Of a DNA stretch of 64,000 nucleotides, positions 31,187-42,282 are shown in pieces. The notes beneath the pieces were generated by a model. That model did no database searches and was not told where the DNA came from. It saw only the letters and a program-made list of their open reading frames with translations. The stretch's first letter is position 1. Each line of letters opens with the position of its first letter. Made by a program: the position numbers and the translations under genes. Origin of the DNA: Candidatus Poribacteria bacterium (GTDB lineage Bacteria > Poribacteria > WGA-4E > UBA9662); assembly GCA_046582655.1 (NCBI GenBank), contig JAYGDX010000413.1, positions 84,130 to 148,129 of the forward strand. The letters are read 5' to 3'.

Positions 31187-32029
31187 TTAACTCAGAATAT
31201 AGCGCAGTGGAAATTGTGACAGCCCCGCTGAGTTTGTCTATACCTAACTTAGATTTGCTAATACCACATACCACTTAAGCAGATGAAATCAATGGAAATA
31301 TATCGAACTGGCGCATAGTATTAAGTTTAGGTGAAACATTCACGGTTATACAAAACTCCGCTGACACAATACACGACTCCATTGAGAATTAGCAAACATA
31401 AGAACGAACAATTTTGTAACGAGTCTAAAGGCCTTTGGCTACGCCATAGTATCTACTGACCATCCGCTATTAGTTCATTTTTGTGTGACTCGATGTTGTA
31501 GCTGAAGTTGCACCTACAAACGAATATGAATATGATGGCACCCCTCCACCGAATACGCTCGAGATGATAAACAAAGAGTTAGAATATTGGCAAATTTTTA
31601 GTAACGATCCTTTAAAATACAGATAGATGGCAACTTGGATAATTTTATGGTAGCATTTCCGTGATCTAAATACTTGATCAGTCGTTATTTCATGCCACTT
31701 ATCCTTTATATGCCCCCCTACAGTATTCTTAAACGAGAAAATCTGACCTTTATTGCAAGTGACCTAAATCTACAGGTGGAAAATTTTGTTTAGGGTTTAG
31801 TTTTTCTCCAGCTCAAATTGACAGAGCAAGGCAGATCAATGCCAACAAGGAGTTCCATTTATCAATCTGTGGAAGTGTACGGATATAGATTGTTAGTCGT
31901 AAGTTCTTTACTTCGAACTATATTTGGTATCCGAAGTATGGTCTGAAAAACACAATTAATTATATCTTTCAGGATAGGAAATTAAGTTTCGGCTGATATG
32001 GTTTAACGAAACCACAGAAACAACCAGCA

Positions 32030-32455
32030 GTGAATGAAATAAATATAGAGCTAGAACCCGAAAAACAACGACCGAGGCTGGTAATTTCATTTATCCGCTC
32101 TCAAATTTCTGCATCGTTCGGAAATGGATTGGATTTTGTACTCAGTTGCCTTTTTCACGCATTTGGGCAACTGGCAGTAATTGCCACATTTTTCGGAGCC
32201 ACGATAGGTGGGATAGTTCACTTTTTTATAGGCAGATTTTGGAGTTTTAGAGCCGACCATGTACCAATACGAGGACAGGCTGCTCGTTTCTTCATCATTT
32301 GTGTGAGCAGCATTAGTCTAAACATGTTGGGTGTTTACTTTGTTCACGACCTGTTACACGTGTATTTCCCAATTGCGCGTTTAGGTGTATCTTTCTTTGT
32401 TGGGTTCTTTTTCAACTTTCCTGCGCAGCGGTGGTATGTCTTTAGATATAAATAA
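32030..32455 (+). CDS. GtrA family membrane protein
   Basis: Four TM helices, 'RFWSF', C-terminal 'NFPAQRWYVF'. Confidence 0.85.
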   Translation: MNEINIELEPEKQRPRLVISFIRSQISASFGNGLDFVLSCLFHAFGQLAVIATFFGATIGGIVHFFIGRFWSFRADHVPIRGQAARFFIICVSSISLNMLGVYFVHDLLHVYFPIARLGVSFFVGFFFNFPAQRWYVFRYK

Positions 32456-32539
32456 GCCAAGACAATCAACAAGAGGCAGAACCGCGATCAAGTCCGCTGT
32501 ATGCCGTTATCACCGTTGTAAAAAAGCTCGATAACAAGA

Positions 32540-34228
32540 CTACTCGTCGGTAACGCATCCTTCAGACGCAGACTTCACGTTTTTGATGTACTTATATAAA
32601 GTTCCCCGCTTGAACTTATACTCTGGTGCAACCCAGGCTTTACGACGATCTTCCAGTTCACTGTCGCTAATATGCAACCTGATTTCTTTGACCGCAATAT
32701 CAATGGTAACCTGATCTCCATCCTCAACTAGGGCAATATTACCACCTACCTGGGCCTCTGGGGTAACATGCCCAACAATAAAACCATGCGATCCACCGGA
32801 AAAACGGCCATCGGTTAAAAGGGCTACATCTTTGCCTAAACCTGCTCCCATAATCGCTGATGTCGGCGTTAACATTTCGGGCATTCCCGGTCCTCCCTTT
32901 GGCCCTTCGTAGCGAATTATAACGACGGATCCTTTGGAAATTTCGTTTCTCTCCAGCGCCTTCAACATCTCCTCCTCAGAATCGTAGACTTTGGCTATTC
33001 CGATAAAGCTTAAGCCTTCTTTCCCTGTTATTTTAGCCACCGCACCTTCTAGTGCTAGATTTCCTCTTAGAATTTGGATGTGCCCACTTTCTTTTATTGG
33101 GTTTTCAAGTGGTAGAATTACATCTTGCCCTGTTTTTAATCCGGGAATATCCTTTAAATTTTCGGCTAGAGTTTTACCGGTAACGGTTAGGCAACTCCCA
33201 TCAATAAGACCGTTTTCCAGCAGGTATTTCAAGACAGCAGGTGTTCCACCAACCTTGTGTAGATCTTCCATAACGTAACGGCCACTCGGTTTTAGGTCAG
33301 CGATGAAGGGAACTTTGTCACTTACCACCTGAAAGTCATCGATGCTAAGTGATACATCTACAGCTTTGGCCATGGCAACTAAGTGCAAAACAGCATTCGT
33401 GGAACCACCAAGTGCCATGATTAAGACCATAGCATTCTCAAAGGCAGCACGGGTCATGATATCTTTCGGCTTAATATCTTTTTCCAATAGGAGAAGGATA
33501 GCTCGACCTGCACGAAGGCATTCCTCTTCTTTCTCGACATCTTCCGCAGGGATGGAGGAACTGTAAGGAAGGCTCATCCCCATAGCTTCAATAGCCGAAG
33601 CCATAGTGTTTGCTGTATACATCCCTCCACAAGCACCGGCCCCCGGACAGGACTTCTCGACAATCGATTGTCGTTTCTCATCGCTGATGGAACTGGCAAT
33701 GTATTGTCCATAACTCTGAAAAGCCGAAACGATATCTAGAGTATCGCCTTCCTCTGAACAACCCGGCTTGATTGTACCACCATAAATCATCAAAGATGGT
33801 CGGTTCAAACGTCCCATGGCGATTAAACAACCTGGCATGTTTTTATCACAACCCGGCAAGGAAATATTGGCATCGTACCATTGCGCACTCATAACTGTTT
33901 CTATCGAATCTGCGATAATATCTCTCGATTGTAGTGAAAAGCTCATTCCATCAGTTCCCATCGAAATCCCATCACTAACACCAATGGTGTTAAAACGCAT
34001 ACCCACCAAACCAGCTTTTTCGACTCCTTCTTTTACCTTGGCAGCCAGACAATCGAGATGGATATTACAAGAATTGCCTTCATACCAATTACTTGAGATG
34101 CCAACTTGCGGTTTATCCATGTCTTCCCTAGTAAGACCGGTGGCGTACAACATCGCCTGACTCGCACCTTGGGATCTAGGCTGTGTGATTTTCAAACTAT
34201 ACTGATTTAAGACTCTTTTGGTTGCCAT
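32540..34228 (-). CDS. ilvD: Dihydroxy-acid dehydratase
   Basis: [53 protein letters not shown]. Confidence 0.97.
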   Translation of the reverse strand: MATKRVLNQYSLKITQPRSQGASQAMLYATGLTREDMDKPQVGISSNWYEGNSCNIHLDCLAAKVKEGVEKAGLVGMRFNTIGVSDGISMGTDGMSFSLQSRDIIADSIETVMSAQWYDANISLPGCDKNMPGCLIAMGRLNRPSLMIYGGTIKPGCSEEGDTLDIVSAFQSYGQYIASSISDEKRQSIVEKSCPGAGACGGMYTANTMASAIEAMGMSLPYSSSIPAEDVEKEEECLRAGRAILLLLEKDIKPKDIMTRAAFENAMVLIMALGGSTNAVLHLVAMAKAVDVSLSIDDFQVVSDKVPFIADLKPSGRYVMEDLHKVGGTPAVLKYLLENGLIDGSCLTVTGKTLAENLKDIPGLKTGQDVILPLENPIKESGHIQILRGNLALEGAVAKITGKEGLSFIGIAKVYDSEEEMLKALERNEISKGSVVIIRYEGPKGGPGMPEMLTPTSAIMGAGLGKDVALLTDGRFSGGSHGFIVGHVTPEAQVGGNIALVEDGDQVTIDIAVKEIRLHISDSELEDRRKAWVAPEYKFKRGTLYKYIKNVKSASEGCVTDE

Positions 34229-34459
34229 AGATACGATCCTTCACCTGATTAAAAATTGATAGAATGCCTACACTTACATCCTGTTATTACCAGGCCGCTA
34301 CTATACATGACACACCTTAAATTTACAACCCAAAAGTTCGTGAGATACTTGCTATTACACAAGTTGAAAACCCAGAAAAAATTGAGTTGTTACTGTCAAT
34401 TCAATCTGATACAATCATTTCAGAATCATTATTATTTCGGCAGATCAGAGGAGGAATGG

Positions 34460-35494
34460 ATGAGAGGATATATTAAATTTTTCTGTTTTTTTCTGTTCAA
34501 TTTTATTTTTATTGATTGGTTGTAGTAACCAGAAAAAGTCCAAGTCTGCAGATACAGAAACCAAGAGAATCAAGATTGGCCTTTCGATGGATTCGTTGCG
34601 CGTTGAACGATAGCAAAAGGATCGTGATACTTTCAGACCCGTGCCGAAAAACTTGGTGCTGAGGTCATTGTCCAATCGGCTAATGGCGATGCCAGGAAAC
34701 AAAACGATCAAGCAGAAAACATGATTGCCCAAGGAGTTGATGTCTTGGTTGTCATCGCCAAAGACGGAGTTGCTGCCGCCCAAATCGTAGAATCAGCACA
34801 TAAAGGAAGGCATCAAAGTTCTGGCTTATGATCGGTTGATCATGAACTGCGATGTCGATCTCTATATTTCGTTTGATAATGAAAAAGTAGGATTTCTACA
34901 GGCGGATTATATTGCCAAGAAAGTATCAAAAGGAAAGTACTTCTTACTCAGCGGTGCGCCAACAGATAATAATGCCAGACTGCTTCGTGACGGTCAAATG
35001 CGTGCGCTTCAACCTTTGATCGATCAAGGCAATATTGCGATTGTAGCTCAGCAATGGGTAGAAGATTGGAGCCCGAGCGTCGCGCTGAACAAAACTGAGC
35101 AGGTTTTAACGCGTCAAAATAATCAGCTTGACGCGATTATTGCTTCAAACGATGGCACAGCTGGTGGTGCAATTCAAGCACTTGAAACACAAAAGTTAGA
35201 AGGCAAGGTAGCACAGGTCAAGACGCTGACTTGGCAGCCTGTTAACGAATCGCTGCCGGCACACAATCTATGACAGTGTATAAACCAATCAAACTGATCG
35301 CTAAGCGGGCAGCTGAGGCAGCAGTTGCCCTGGCTAAAGACGATTCAATTGCTGATGCGGTTCAGTTAGTCAACAACGACAAGATTGAGGTGACATCGAT
35401 TTTGCTGACACCAATTCAGGTAGATAAGGATAACCTTGATGAAACCGTCATTAAAGATGGGTTCCATAACCGTGAGAAAATATACCGTCATTGA
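34460..35494 (+). pseudogene. xylF: D-xylose ABC substrate-binding lipoprotein pseudogene
   Basis: 'IGLSMDSLRVER*QKDRD', 'QSANGD..KQNDQAENMI', 'LAYDRLI', 'ASNDGTAGG', 'GQDADLAAC*RI', 'MTVYKPI' spread across frames; at least 2 nonsense codons and several frameshifts. Confidence 0.85.
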
Positions 35495-35509
35495 GGAAAA
35501 ACAAAAAAG

Positions 35510-36094
35510 TTAAGATTGAGGAGTTCCCACCTCGACAAAGATTTCTCCTTGTCTCAAAACTTTTGGCGGCGTTTTCAAAAGGTCAATTACGGTTGAAGAT
35601 GTACCTGCGTTTGTTTCCCCACCATCAATTATTAAATCAACGAGACCACCCAGTTGCTGTTCTATCTGGGTTTTTGATGTAGCAGGTGTTTGGTTAGACT
35701 TATTGGCGCTGGTCGTCGCAATTGGACCAGCAAAACACCGTAACACTTCCAGTGCTATTGGGTGATTTGGCATCCGAAGGCCAACAGTTTTCCCACCAGC
35801 GGTAATTTGAACTGGTAATCCTTTTGCTTCAACGATTAACGTTAATGCTCCAGGCCAAAATTGCTTAACCAGTTGAAAAAAGATCTTAGGCAGGTTCTGA
35901 GCAATATTTTCAACATCTTGACAGGATCCGACCAGAATTGGTATCGGCTTGTTTTCAGAACGGCCCTTAATAGTGTAAAGCTTCTGAATGGCTTTGGGTT
36001 GAAATGGATCAACGCCGATTCCATAAACAGTATCGGTGGGAAAAGCAACCACACCGCCACTTCTCAGCGTGTCAGCGGCTTTTTCAATACTCAT
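35510..36094 (-). CDS. tsaC: L-threonylcarbamoyladenylate synthase (TsaC/Sua5)
   Basis: FPTDTVYG, KGRSENKP, FWPGALT, TSANKS. Confidence 0.93.
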   Translation of the reverse strand: MSIEKAADTLRSGGVVAFPTDTVYGIGVDPFQPKAIQKLYTIKGRSENKPIPILVGSCQDVENIAQNLPKIFFQLVKQFWPGALTLIVEAKGLPVQITAGGKTVGLRMPNHPIALEVLRCFAGPIATTSANKSNQTPATSKTQIEQQLGGLVDLIIDGGETNAGTSSTVIDLLKTPPKVLRQGEIFVEVGTPQS

Positions 36095-37098
36095 TGTCCT
36101 AGATCCGAATTTGCTGAGGCGTTAAGATCTAGTCCATCGCGTTGTCCCTGCTGATATTTTTGGTAGGCAATTCCAGCAATCATGGCAGCATTGTCAGTAC
36201 AAAGTTCAATAGGAGGGTAAAAAACGCGTATATCATTTTCATCAGCCGCGTTTCGTAAGTCATGCCGTAACCGACTGTTAGCAGCCACACCTCCTGTTAG
36301 GTTAATTGATTTCACCTGATACTCCTGAGCTGACCGAATCGTTTTTTGAACTAATACGTCGACCACAGCGGCCTGAAAGCTGGCAGCGACGTCCTCTAAC
36401 GGTGGTAAATTTCCTGCCTTTTTAGCTTTTTCCACAAAATAACGAACCGATGTTTTCAAACCACTGAAACTGAAATTGTAGTCATCACGATCGATCAACG
36501 GCCGTGGGAAGTCGATGGCTTTATCATTTCCTTCACCTGCCATATCATCGATGATCCGCCCACCTGGAAATCCTAATCCCAGATATTGCGCAATCTTATC
36601 GTAAGCCTCGCCTGCGGCATCGTCAATTGTACTTCCAAGGACTTGATACGTCCAACCCCTATTAACGTTGAGAAGTAACGTATGTCCACCAGAGACAGTC
36701 AGGCAAATATGCGGAAATGTGAGCTCTTCATGTTGCATGAAATTGGCGTAGACGTGACCTTCAACATGGTTTATCCCAATAAGTGGCAGGTTATGACAAA
36801 AGGCAAGTGACTTTGCCGCTGATACACCGATAAGTAAGGCCCCAATCAGTCCTGGACGGTTGGTAACAGCAATGGCCGACAGATCCTGAAACGAAACTTT
36901 CGCTTCAGCCAGCGCCTGATCTATGATGTAGTTGATGGATTCGATGTGTTTTCGCGACGCCAACTCAGGCACGATACCACCATATTTTTTGTGCAGATCG
37001 AATTGGGATGAGATGACGTTAGACAAGATGCGTTTACCATCTTCGACAACGGCAACAGAGGTATCATCACAACTCGTGTCAATGCCAAGAATCTTCAC
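36091..37098 (-). CDS. tsaD: tRNA N6-adenosine threonylcarbamoyltransferase
   Basis: ILGIDTSCDDT, GGIVPELASRKH, NHVEGH, VSGGHT, DDAAGEAYDK, FSFSGLKT, CTDNAAMI. Confidence 0.97.
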   Translation of the reverse strand: MKILGIDTSCDDTSVAVVEDGKRILSNVISSQFDLHKKYGGIVPELASRKHIESINYIIDQALAEAKVSFQDLSAIAVTNRPGLIGALLIGVSAAKSLAFCHNLPLIGINHVEGHVYANFMQHEELTFPHICLTVSGGHTLLLNVNRGWTYQVLGSTIDDAAGEAYDKIAQYLGLGFPGGRIIDDMAGEGNDKAIDFPRPLIDRDDYNFSFSGLKTSVRYFVEKAKKAGNLPPLEDVAASFQAAVVDVLVQKTIRSAQEYQVKSINLTGGVAANSRLRHDLRNAADENDIRVFYPPIELCTDNAAMIAGIAYQKYQQGQRDGLDLNASANSDLGQ

Positions 37099-38867
37099 TG
37101 GAAAGTCTGCCCTGGCATCTGCAACATCATGGCACTTGCTATCGTATACAAATCTTTTAAATCAAGCAACGAAACGAAAAGCCGCAACTTTATTACGTTA
37201 TTATCACTGAACACACTTGTACCAATGGAGTACGTTTGCGGCATATTGGCAAACATGACCGCCATCATTCCAATATTGGGACCACCACTCGGAGCCATTA
37301 CCTTTATTACCTGATTTATGAGTGTCACCGGAGACAAGGCAAGTATCATATCCCCATTAGCATCCAGCTTATCTATTATCCGAGTATACCCATCACTTCG
37401 ATCAAAGCCGTTCTCAAACCCAAAGATTCTATCAATCATCGACTTGATTGAAGATGAGGTGCCTGCAGCCGAAGCAACTAAAAAACCATTGGCGATTCCA
37501 TAGTAGTAATAATAGTCACTTGGCATCAGATTCTGTGATATCTCGTCAGGAACCAACGAGGTCATTAACAGGTTATTGTAGTTGAATCTTCTAATTTCAA
37601 CGCCTTCATAGACTTCCACGACATTATCAACCCTAGCAATACCTGTTTCAGCCACACCGACTGCCTGCAAAAAAGCATCTAATTTTTGGAGTTGTTCTTC
37701 GAGAGACATGATTATTTTTCCCTCGTCGATAACTCTGAAGACGAATGTCTGATCTGGGATAACACTACCACTAAAATTCATTGCCATGCCCACCTCGTCA
37801 TCAACGAGATTTAGGAATTCTTCTACACTCTGATTAAGATCCTCAAACAATAGTTGAACGTCTGCAGTTGCCGGATTATCAGACTTCAATACGTTCATCT
37901 CAGCCAACTGTTTCATTCCAAAATTTGAGAGGTACTTATAAAGCTCCAGACCTACCCCTACATTTACACTGGATTGTTCTGGCAGGAACTTGAGGATTGC
38001 AGAAAAATCGTTTTTTGCTGAACTGAAGAGGTTTCCAATCTCACTGTCGGGCATAAGTTGCATGGCTGGAGTGACTACAAATTCTCCTGTATCATGTTGA
38101 ACAGTCAAAGTTATCGACTGGATCTGATCAAAAAATCCGACAATTGAACTCACCATGCCCTGATCATCAGCAGTTAACGGCAATTGCATAATGGTGCCTA
38201 AGGATTCTACTAGTTCTGAGGATTCTGCGAGTAAAGGACGATCGATAAATCCAACCAGATCGTTGGAAGCATCGTCTAAGTCGAGGTTGCTAGTAAAACT
38301 ATGGTTCTCCAGAATTGAAGGTGTTTCTTTTTTGTAGACATCGATAGTTTTTTCGCAGACTTCCTGATGCTTAGAATATATCATCACATCATCTAAAAAA
38401 GAGAAATAAGCAGATTCATCTACGATTTTGACATAATTTACCCCGTTATAATCGATTTGCTGTGCTTCACCAGATTCAGCGTCAATCATCTGTTTAGCAG
38501 CATCTTGATCAGCGAGATGCACAACAGCTGAAAGCACAAGCTCAGTTTCGGAAGGAATTTGATGAATGTAGAGAACAAAATCCCGTTTCATATCAAATCC
38601 ATCTCCCTCCAAATCCGCCAGACTTTCGAATCCAGCCTCAAACATGTCTGACAGCACACCAGCAACGTAGTCTCGATTGGGATCGGCTGGATTCATTTCA
38701 GCCATCAAGTCACTGATTTCCTGATTCAGATTCTTCAGTGACTGAGCGTAAATGAGGCCAATAGCGTCGTGCGGAACAATGCTAAGGACAGTATCAATTT
38801 TCGCGGCGGCGGAAATCGATATTAGCAGAGAGCTTGCTAGAGCGAGCATAGCGAATCGTTTCATCAT
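37095..38867 (-). CDS. Secreted acidic hypothetical protein (possibly DUF3352-like)
   Basis: Signal peptide, 590 aa open frame, translationally coupled to tsaD. Confidence 0.65.
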   Translation of the reverse strand: MMKRFAMLALASSLLISISAAAKIDTVLSIVPHDAIGLIYAQSLKNLNQEISDLMAEMNPADPNRDYVAGVLSDMFEAGFESLADLEGDGFDMKRDFVLYIHQIPSETELVLSAVVHLADQDAAKQMIDAESGEAQQIDYNGVNYVKIVDESAYFSFLDDVMIYSKHQEVCEKTIDVYKKETPSILENHSFTSNLDLDDASNDLVGFIDRPLLAESSELVESLGTIMQLPLTADDQGMVSSIVGFFDQIQSITLTVQHDTGEFVVTPAMQLMPDSEIGNLFSSAKNDFSAILKFLPEQSSVNVGVGLELYKYLSNFGMKQLAEMNVLKSDNPATADVQLLFEDLNQSVEEFLNLVDDEVGMAMNFSGSVIPDQTFVFRVIDEGKIIMSLEEQLQKLDAFLQAVGVAETGIARVDNVVEVYEGVEIRRFNYNNLLMTSLVPDEISQNLMPSDYYYYYGIANGFLVASAAGTSSSIKSMIDRIFGFENGFDRSDGYTRIIDKLDANGDMILALSPVTLINQVIKVMAPSGGPNIGMMAVMFANMPQTYSIGTSVFSDNNVIKLRLFVSLLDLKDLYTIASAMMLQMPGQTFQ

Positions 38868-38876
38868 AAACTCCGA

Positions 38877-39965
38877 TTATTCTAAATTGTTTTTTACCTT
38901 GGACGAAAATATATCAATTTCTTGGTTTGATGTTAGTACGCCTATTTCGACTTCGTAGTGTCGACGACCTCCTGGCTCAAGGTAATCAAGCGTGCCACGT
39001 TGGCGCTCCTTTGTACGTCCATCGACCCAGCAATTTGCAGGTTCTAATCCAATAACGTATCCACGTTCATCCATCATTTTCCATTGAACAAACCTGGGAA
39101 GTTGTGTCTTATGATATTTCACATAGAGTCCGATACCGCGTCCGTTGCCAAAGGACCTGTTGACAATGGCAACATAGACATGGTTATCCTGGTCAACTGC
39201 CATTTCGTGGTAGAAAACCTGTTCTGCGAAACCAGCGGTCGGAGGTGGGCATTTATTGTAGCTGTCTAAGCCTTCTTCAGCACGATCATCACGCGGAATG
39301 ACTTTGGTCGAATTACTGATAAATTCTGATCCATCATCGACAATTGGAAATCCCACGTTAATGTGGAACAAGTACATCAAGGGGCTCTCTTTATAATCGA
39401 CGTTTTCTATCACATCCTCAATGTTTAGTCTCGCCACTCCCAACTCAGTTGAAATACGTCGTGTTCGAAGAAGATGTGGCCCCAAAGCCTTTACTTCAGA
39501 GACTTTCCCCTGTACCCACATGGTATATCTATCTCCTTCCCATCGGCTATCAACCCATATGTTATCAGCTGGCAGGTAGGCGACTCGTCCGTGAAGTCCC
39601 AGTTTTTGTCCTTGATCTTCTTCTGGATCGCCAAGATACGTCATACCACATGTTGTTAACAAGCCGCCGGCAAAACCCCGCAGCCATTCTGATCCCTCCG
39701 AATCATAATATGCAGGTGCTGCATCCCCCGTGCCAGATCGCCAACACAAAGGTATCCCCTGGTATTCGGCATAGGAAATGTCCATACCTCGATCGGGAAG
39801 AACAGTATAATTGAAGCCAGAACCTGTCTGAAAATCAACGGCTTGCACTCCTTTCTGCTTCCCAGTTGTTAGCTGGTACTGTTTAATTTCAGCTATTTGG
39901 GAAATGTCACCAACCCGCCGAAGCAGTTGAGATCTATCGTAATCCTTTTGATATAATTTAATCAG
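38877..39965 (-). CDS. Aldose 1-epimerase-like (DUF4432) protein, probable non-canonical start
   Basis: 'VLPDRGMDI', 'GGLLTTCG', 'GLHGR', 'HINVGFP', 'GLEPAN'; frame extends 39 codons upstream of GTG 39848 to CTG/ATT behind GGAGGT. Confidence 0.85.
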   Translation of the reverse strand: MIKLYQKDYDRSQLLRRVGDISQIAEIKQYQLTTGKQKGVQAVDFQTGSGFNYTVLPDRGMDISYAEYQGIPLCWRSGTGDAAPAYYDSEGSEWLRGFAGGLLTTCGMTYLGDPEEDQGQKLGLHGRVAYLPADNIWVDSRWEGDRYTMWVQGKVSEVKALGPHLLRTRRISTELGVARLNIEDVIENVDYKESPLMYLFHINVGFPIVDDGSEFISNSTKVIPRDDRAEEGLDSYNKCPPPTAGFAEQVFYHEMAVDQDNHVYVAIVNRSFGNGRGIGLYVKYHKTQLPRFVQWKMMDERGYVIGLEPANCWVDGRTKERQRGTLDYLEPGGRRHYEVEIGVLTSNQEIDIFSSKVKNNLE

Positions 39966-40054
39966 TTACCTCCCCTGATCCTTGGGACATTATAATCATA
40001 TTATAGCATGCAATCAGCTAATGGATCAATCGTTGTAGATTGTTAGGAACACAC

Positions 40055-41188
40055 TCAAAATCTGACTGTCGAGGCGAAAGAATGAACAGCTTGATCCAAC
40101 GGTTGATCCCGAAAACATTTTTGCAGTGAGTACTCCCATCTTGACCCGCCTAAACCAAGACTTAAACCGAATGAAAATATGCCGACACCATTGATTCGAC
40201 TCAGGCCATTTCGCAAGGCAATGTTTCCGGAAAACCCACGTTGCCATGACTGCACTAGTTCCCAACCAAAAGCAAAATCCACCCCATGGTGCCCTGGCAC
40301 GCGCCACAGATCTAGTCCAGTAGTTAACCACTGAAAAACTTTGGTATTTGCACCAATACCAATTATTGTTGGCAAACGTTCCACGAGCTTACGTTGCAGT
40401 AGATTTTGTATAACCACGCCAGTTAAAACCTTACGAGCTCCCATCAGATCAATATTGAAATAGTGCTGATAACCAAGATCGAAGTCGAATTTGGATATCT
40501 CCAAATCCTGACTGACTTCATCAAATTGATCAATATATTGCCCCAGATTTGCCAGATCCAAGCTGTCGATAATAGCTGGGATTAGCGCTCGAGGATCATT
40601 GACATTAATGTCGCTGGCGTGTTGAGCATCTAAGTTCAAACCCATCAGCACCTGACCTCTTTTCGCATGTTGACTAATTCGATTTAAGCGAAATCCAAAC
40701 TGTGATTGATCCAGTTTTCGACTGAATCCAACATACCATCCGAATTGCAAAAGTTGGTTGTATTCAGTAACTGAAAGTGTCTTGGCTAGAAATCTTTGTT
40801 CATCAACCAAGTACTGAGATCTAGTATTTTCCAGTGAAAACGTGGCCTTATTTTTTAGTTTTGATAGGTACCCAACGCTAAATCCTAAATTATGAAAAGA
40901 TCGGGAATATGTGATTGATGGACTTAAATCCAAGGTTAGTTGATCCGAGAATTGTAGTTCTGGAATCGCAGGCAACGGGATATAGCGAAAATTAGAGACC
41001 GTGACCGCGGCAGACAAATTGTTTTTCTCGACATCAATTAGTCCAGCTGGATTGCCGAAGATCGAGGCATCTGAAGCATTTGTGGCAATCCTGACACCGC
41101 CCATTCCAACAATCCTTAGATTTTCATTTGCCGAGATGGGATAACAGGTGAAAAAGAGAACGAACAGTAAGATTTTGAGGCGTCTCAA
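40055..41188 (-). CDS. Putative outer-membrane beta-barrel protein (PorV/TraF-like)
   Basis: Signal peptide, 'RIVGMGG...SIFGNPAGL', alternating beta strands, terminal Phe. Confidence 0.65.
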   Translation of the reverse strand: MRRLKILLFVLFFTCYPISANENLRIVGMGGVRIATNASDASIFGNPAGLIDVEKNNLSAAVTVSNFRYIPLPAIPELQFSDQLTLDLSPSITYSRSFHNLGFSVGYLSKLKNKATFSLENTRSQYLVDEQRFLAKTLSVTEYNQLLQFGWYVGFSRKLDQSQFGFRLNRISQHAKRGQVLMGLNLDAQHASDINVNDPRALIPAIIDSLDLANLGQYIDQFDEVSQDLEISKFDFDLGYQHYFNIDLMGARKVLTGVVIQNLLQRKLVERLPTIIGIGANTKVFQWLTTGLDLWRVPGHHGVDFAFGWELVQSWQRGFSGNIALRNGLSRINGVGIFSFGLSLGLGGSRWEYSLQKCFRDQPLDQAVHSFASTVRF

Positions 41189-41189
41189 A

Positions 41190-42101
41190 CTAGAATCCCA
41201 AATCGTAAATTGTCACTGAAAAAACTGAGGTTGATGTGCCATATTTTCCGTTGACATAAGCATAGTCAACACGAAAACTATTGAGCTGGTAACCGAATCC
41301 AACAGTAGGACCATGTGAGATTCCATTGGTAAAACGATAACCCAACTGTATATTGACACCTTGGATCAGGTACTCTAAACCAATTAAAGGGGCTCCATTG
41401 GCATAGTCAATCGCCAGTATGCTACCTGCCATCTTTTCGGACAACAACCCAAGCTTGATCGCCACACCGATCCCAAATTCACGGTTCAGTATTTCATGAT
41501 AAGATTTGGCTTCCGCATTTTTTAACTTCCGACGATTATAATTGACGCGCGAAATCAGATTTGGGAGTTTCAAACCAATCATTACTTGATTTTCCTGCAT
41601 GGTGTAGCGGGCACCAATATCGAGTGCAACGCCACGCCCAGATCCAACCCGAATTTCACCGATGCTAGCTGATGATGAAAGGAATCCACAATTCAAACCG
41701 ATTTGCAAGGTTTTCCAAACTTTCTGCGCTATCGATATATCGAAGACAAGTTCCTGATAGAGTTCTTCTAAATCGCTCGAACTTAGCAGACCAAACCCAA
41801 TCCCGCGATTCGACTGAACTGGGATCGCCAACGAAATAAAACTATAATTGACCAGATCATGGATCTCGAAATAGTTCAAACCCATTTCCGGCCGACTCGC
41901 GTCAACCAAGCCAGCGGGGTTCCATATAATTGCGTTAGTTCCCTTAGCCAAAGCAGTATATGAACCTCCCATGCCCATTGGTCGCGCGGAGAGTCCCACA
42001 TTCTCAAAAGCTGCATCAAGATGAAGAGATAAAAAGGAAAACAGAAAAACAAAAGGAATGAAGGTCCGTTGATTCGCTACCATGTTCAGTTGGATTACCA
42101 T
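41190..42101 (-). CDS. PorV/PorQ-like outer-membrane beta-barrel protein
   Basis: 'SARPMGMGGSYTALA...IIWNPAGL', 'VGFGYQ..FRVDYAY', terminal Phe. Confidence 0.75.
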   Translation of the reverse strand: MVIQLNMVANQRTFIPFVFLFSFLSLHLDAAFENVGLSARPMGMGGSYTALAKGTNAIIWNPAGLVDASRPEMGLNYFEIHDLVNYSFISLAIPVQSNRGIGFGLLSSSDLEELYQELVFDISIAQKVWKTLQIGLNCGFLSSSASIGEIRVGSGRGVALDIGARYTMQENQVMIGLKLPNLISRVNYNRRKLKNAEAKSYHEILNREFGIGVAIKLGLLSEKMAGSILAIDYANGAPLIGLEYLIQGVNIQLGYRFTNGISHGPTVGFGYQLNSFRVDYAYVNGKYGTSTSVFSVTIYDLGF

Positions 42102-42114
42102 GTTCAGTTTGGAT
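42078..42114. repeat. Tandem duplication of 18/19 bp spanning the start codon of the PorV-like gene
   Basis: taccatgttcagttggat / taccatgttcagtttggat. Confidence 0.8.
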
Positions 42115-42282
42115 TAAAATGATGAACTTAAGTTGACAGATCCACTAAAATTATAAGTTTGATCTACCTGAATCGCAAGATAAGCCGCAATTCAACCTTG
42201 ACAAGTTCGCACCCTCCTATATATTATGATCAATTAAAGCGAAATTTTCTCATTTATATTCATGTTATGTTTAAGGTATTAC

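Noticed and set aside
32464..32512. attC-like sequence between gtrA and ilvD (AAC...GTTA ends)
   Set aside because: The arms are not complementary, the RYYYAAC/GTTRRRY boxes are imperfect, and there is no integrase or second site
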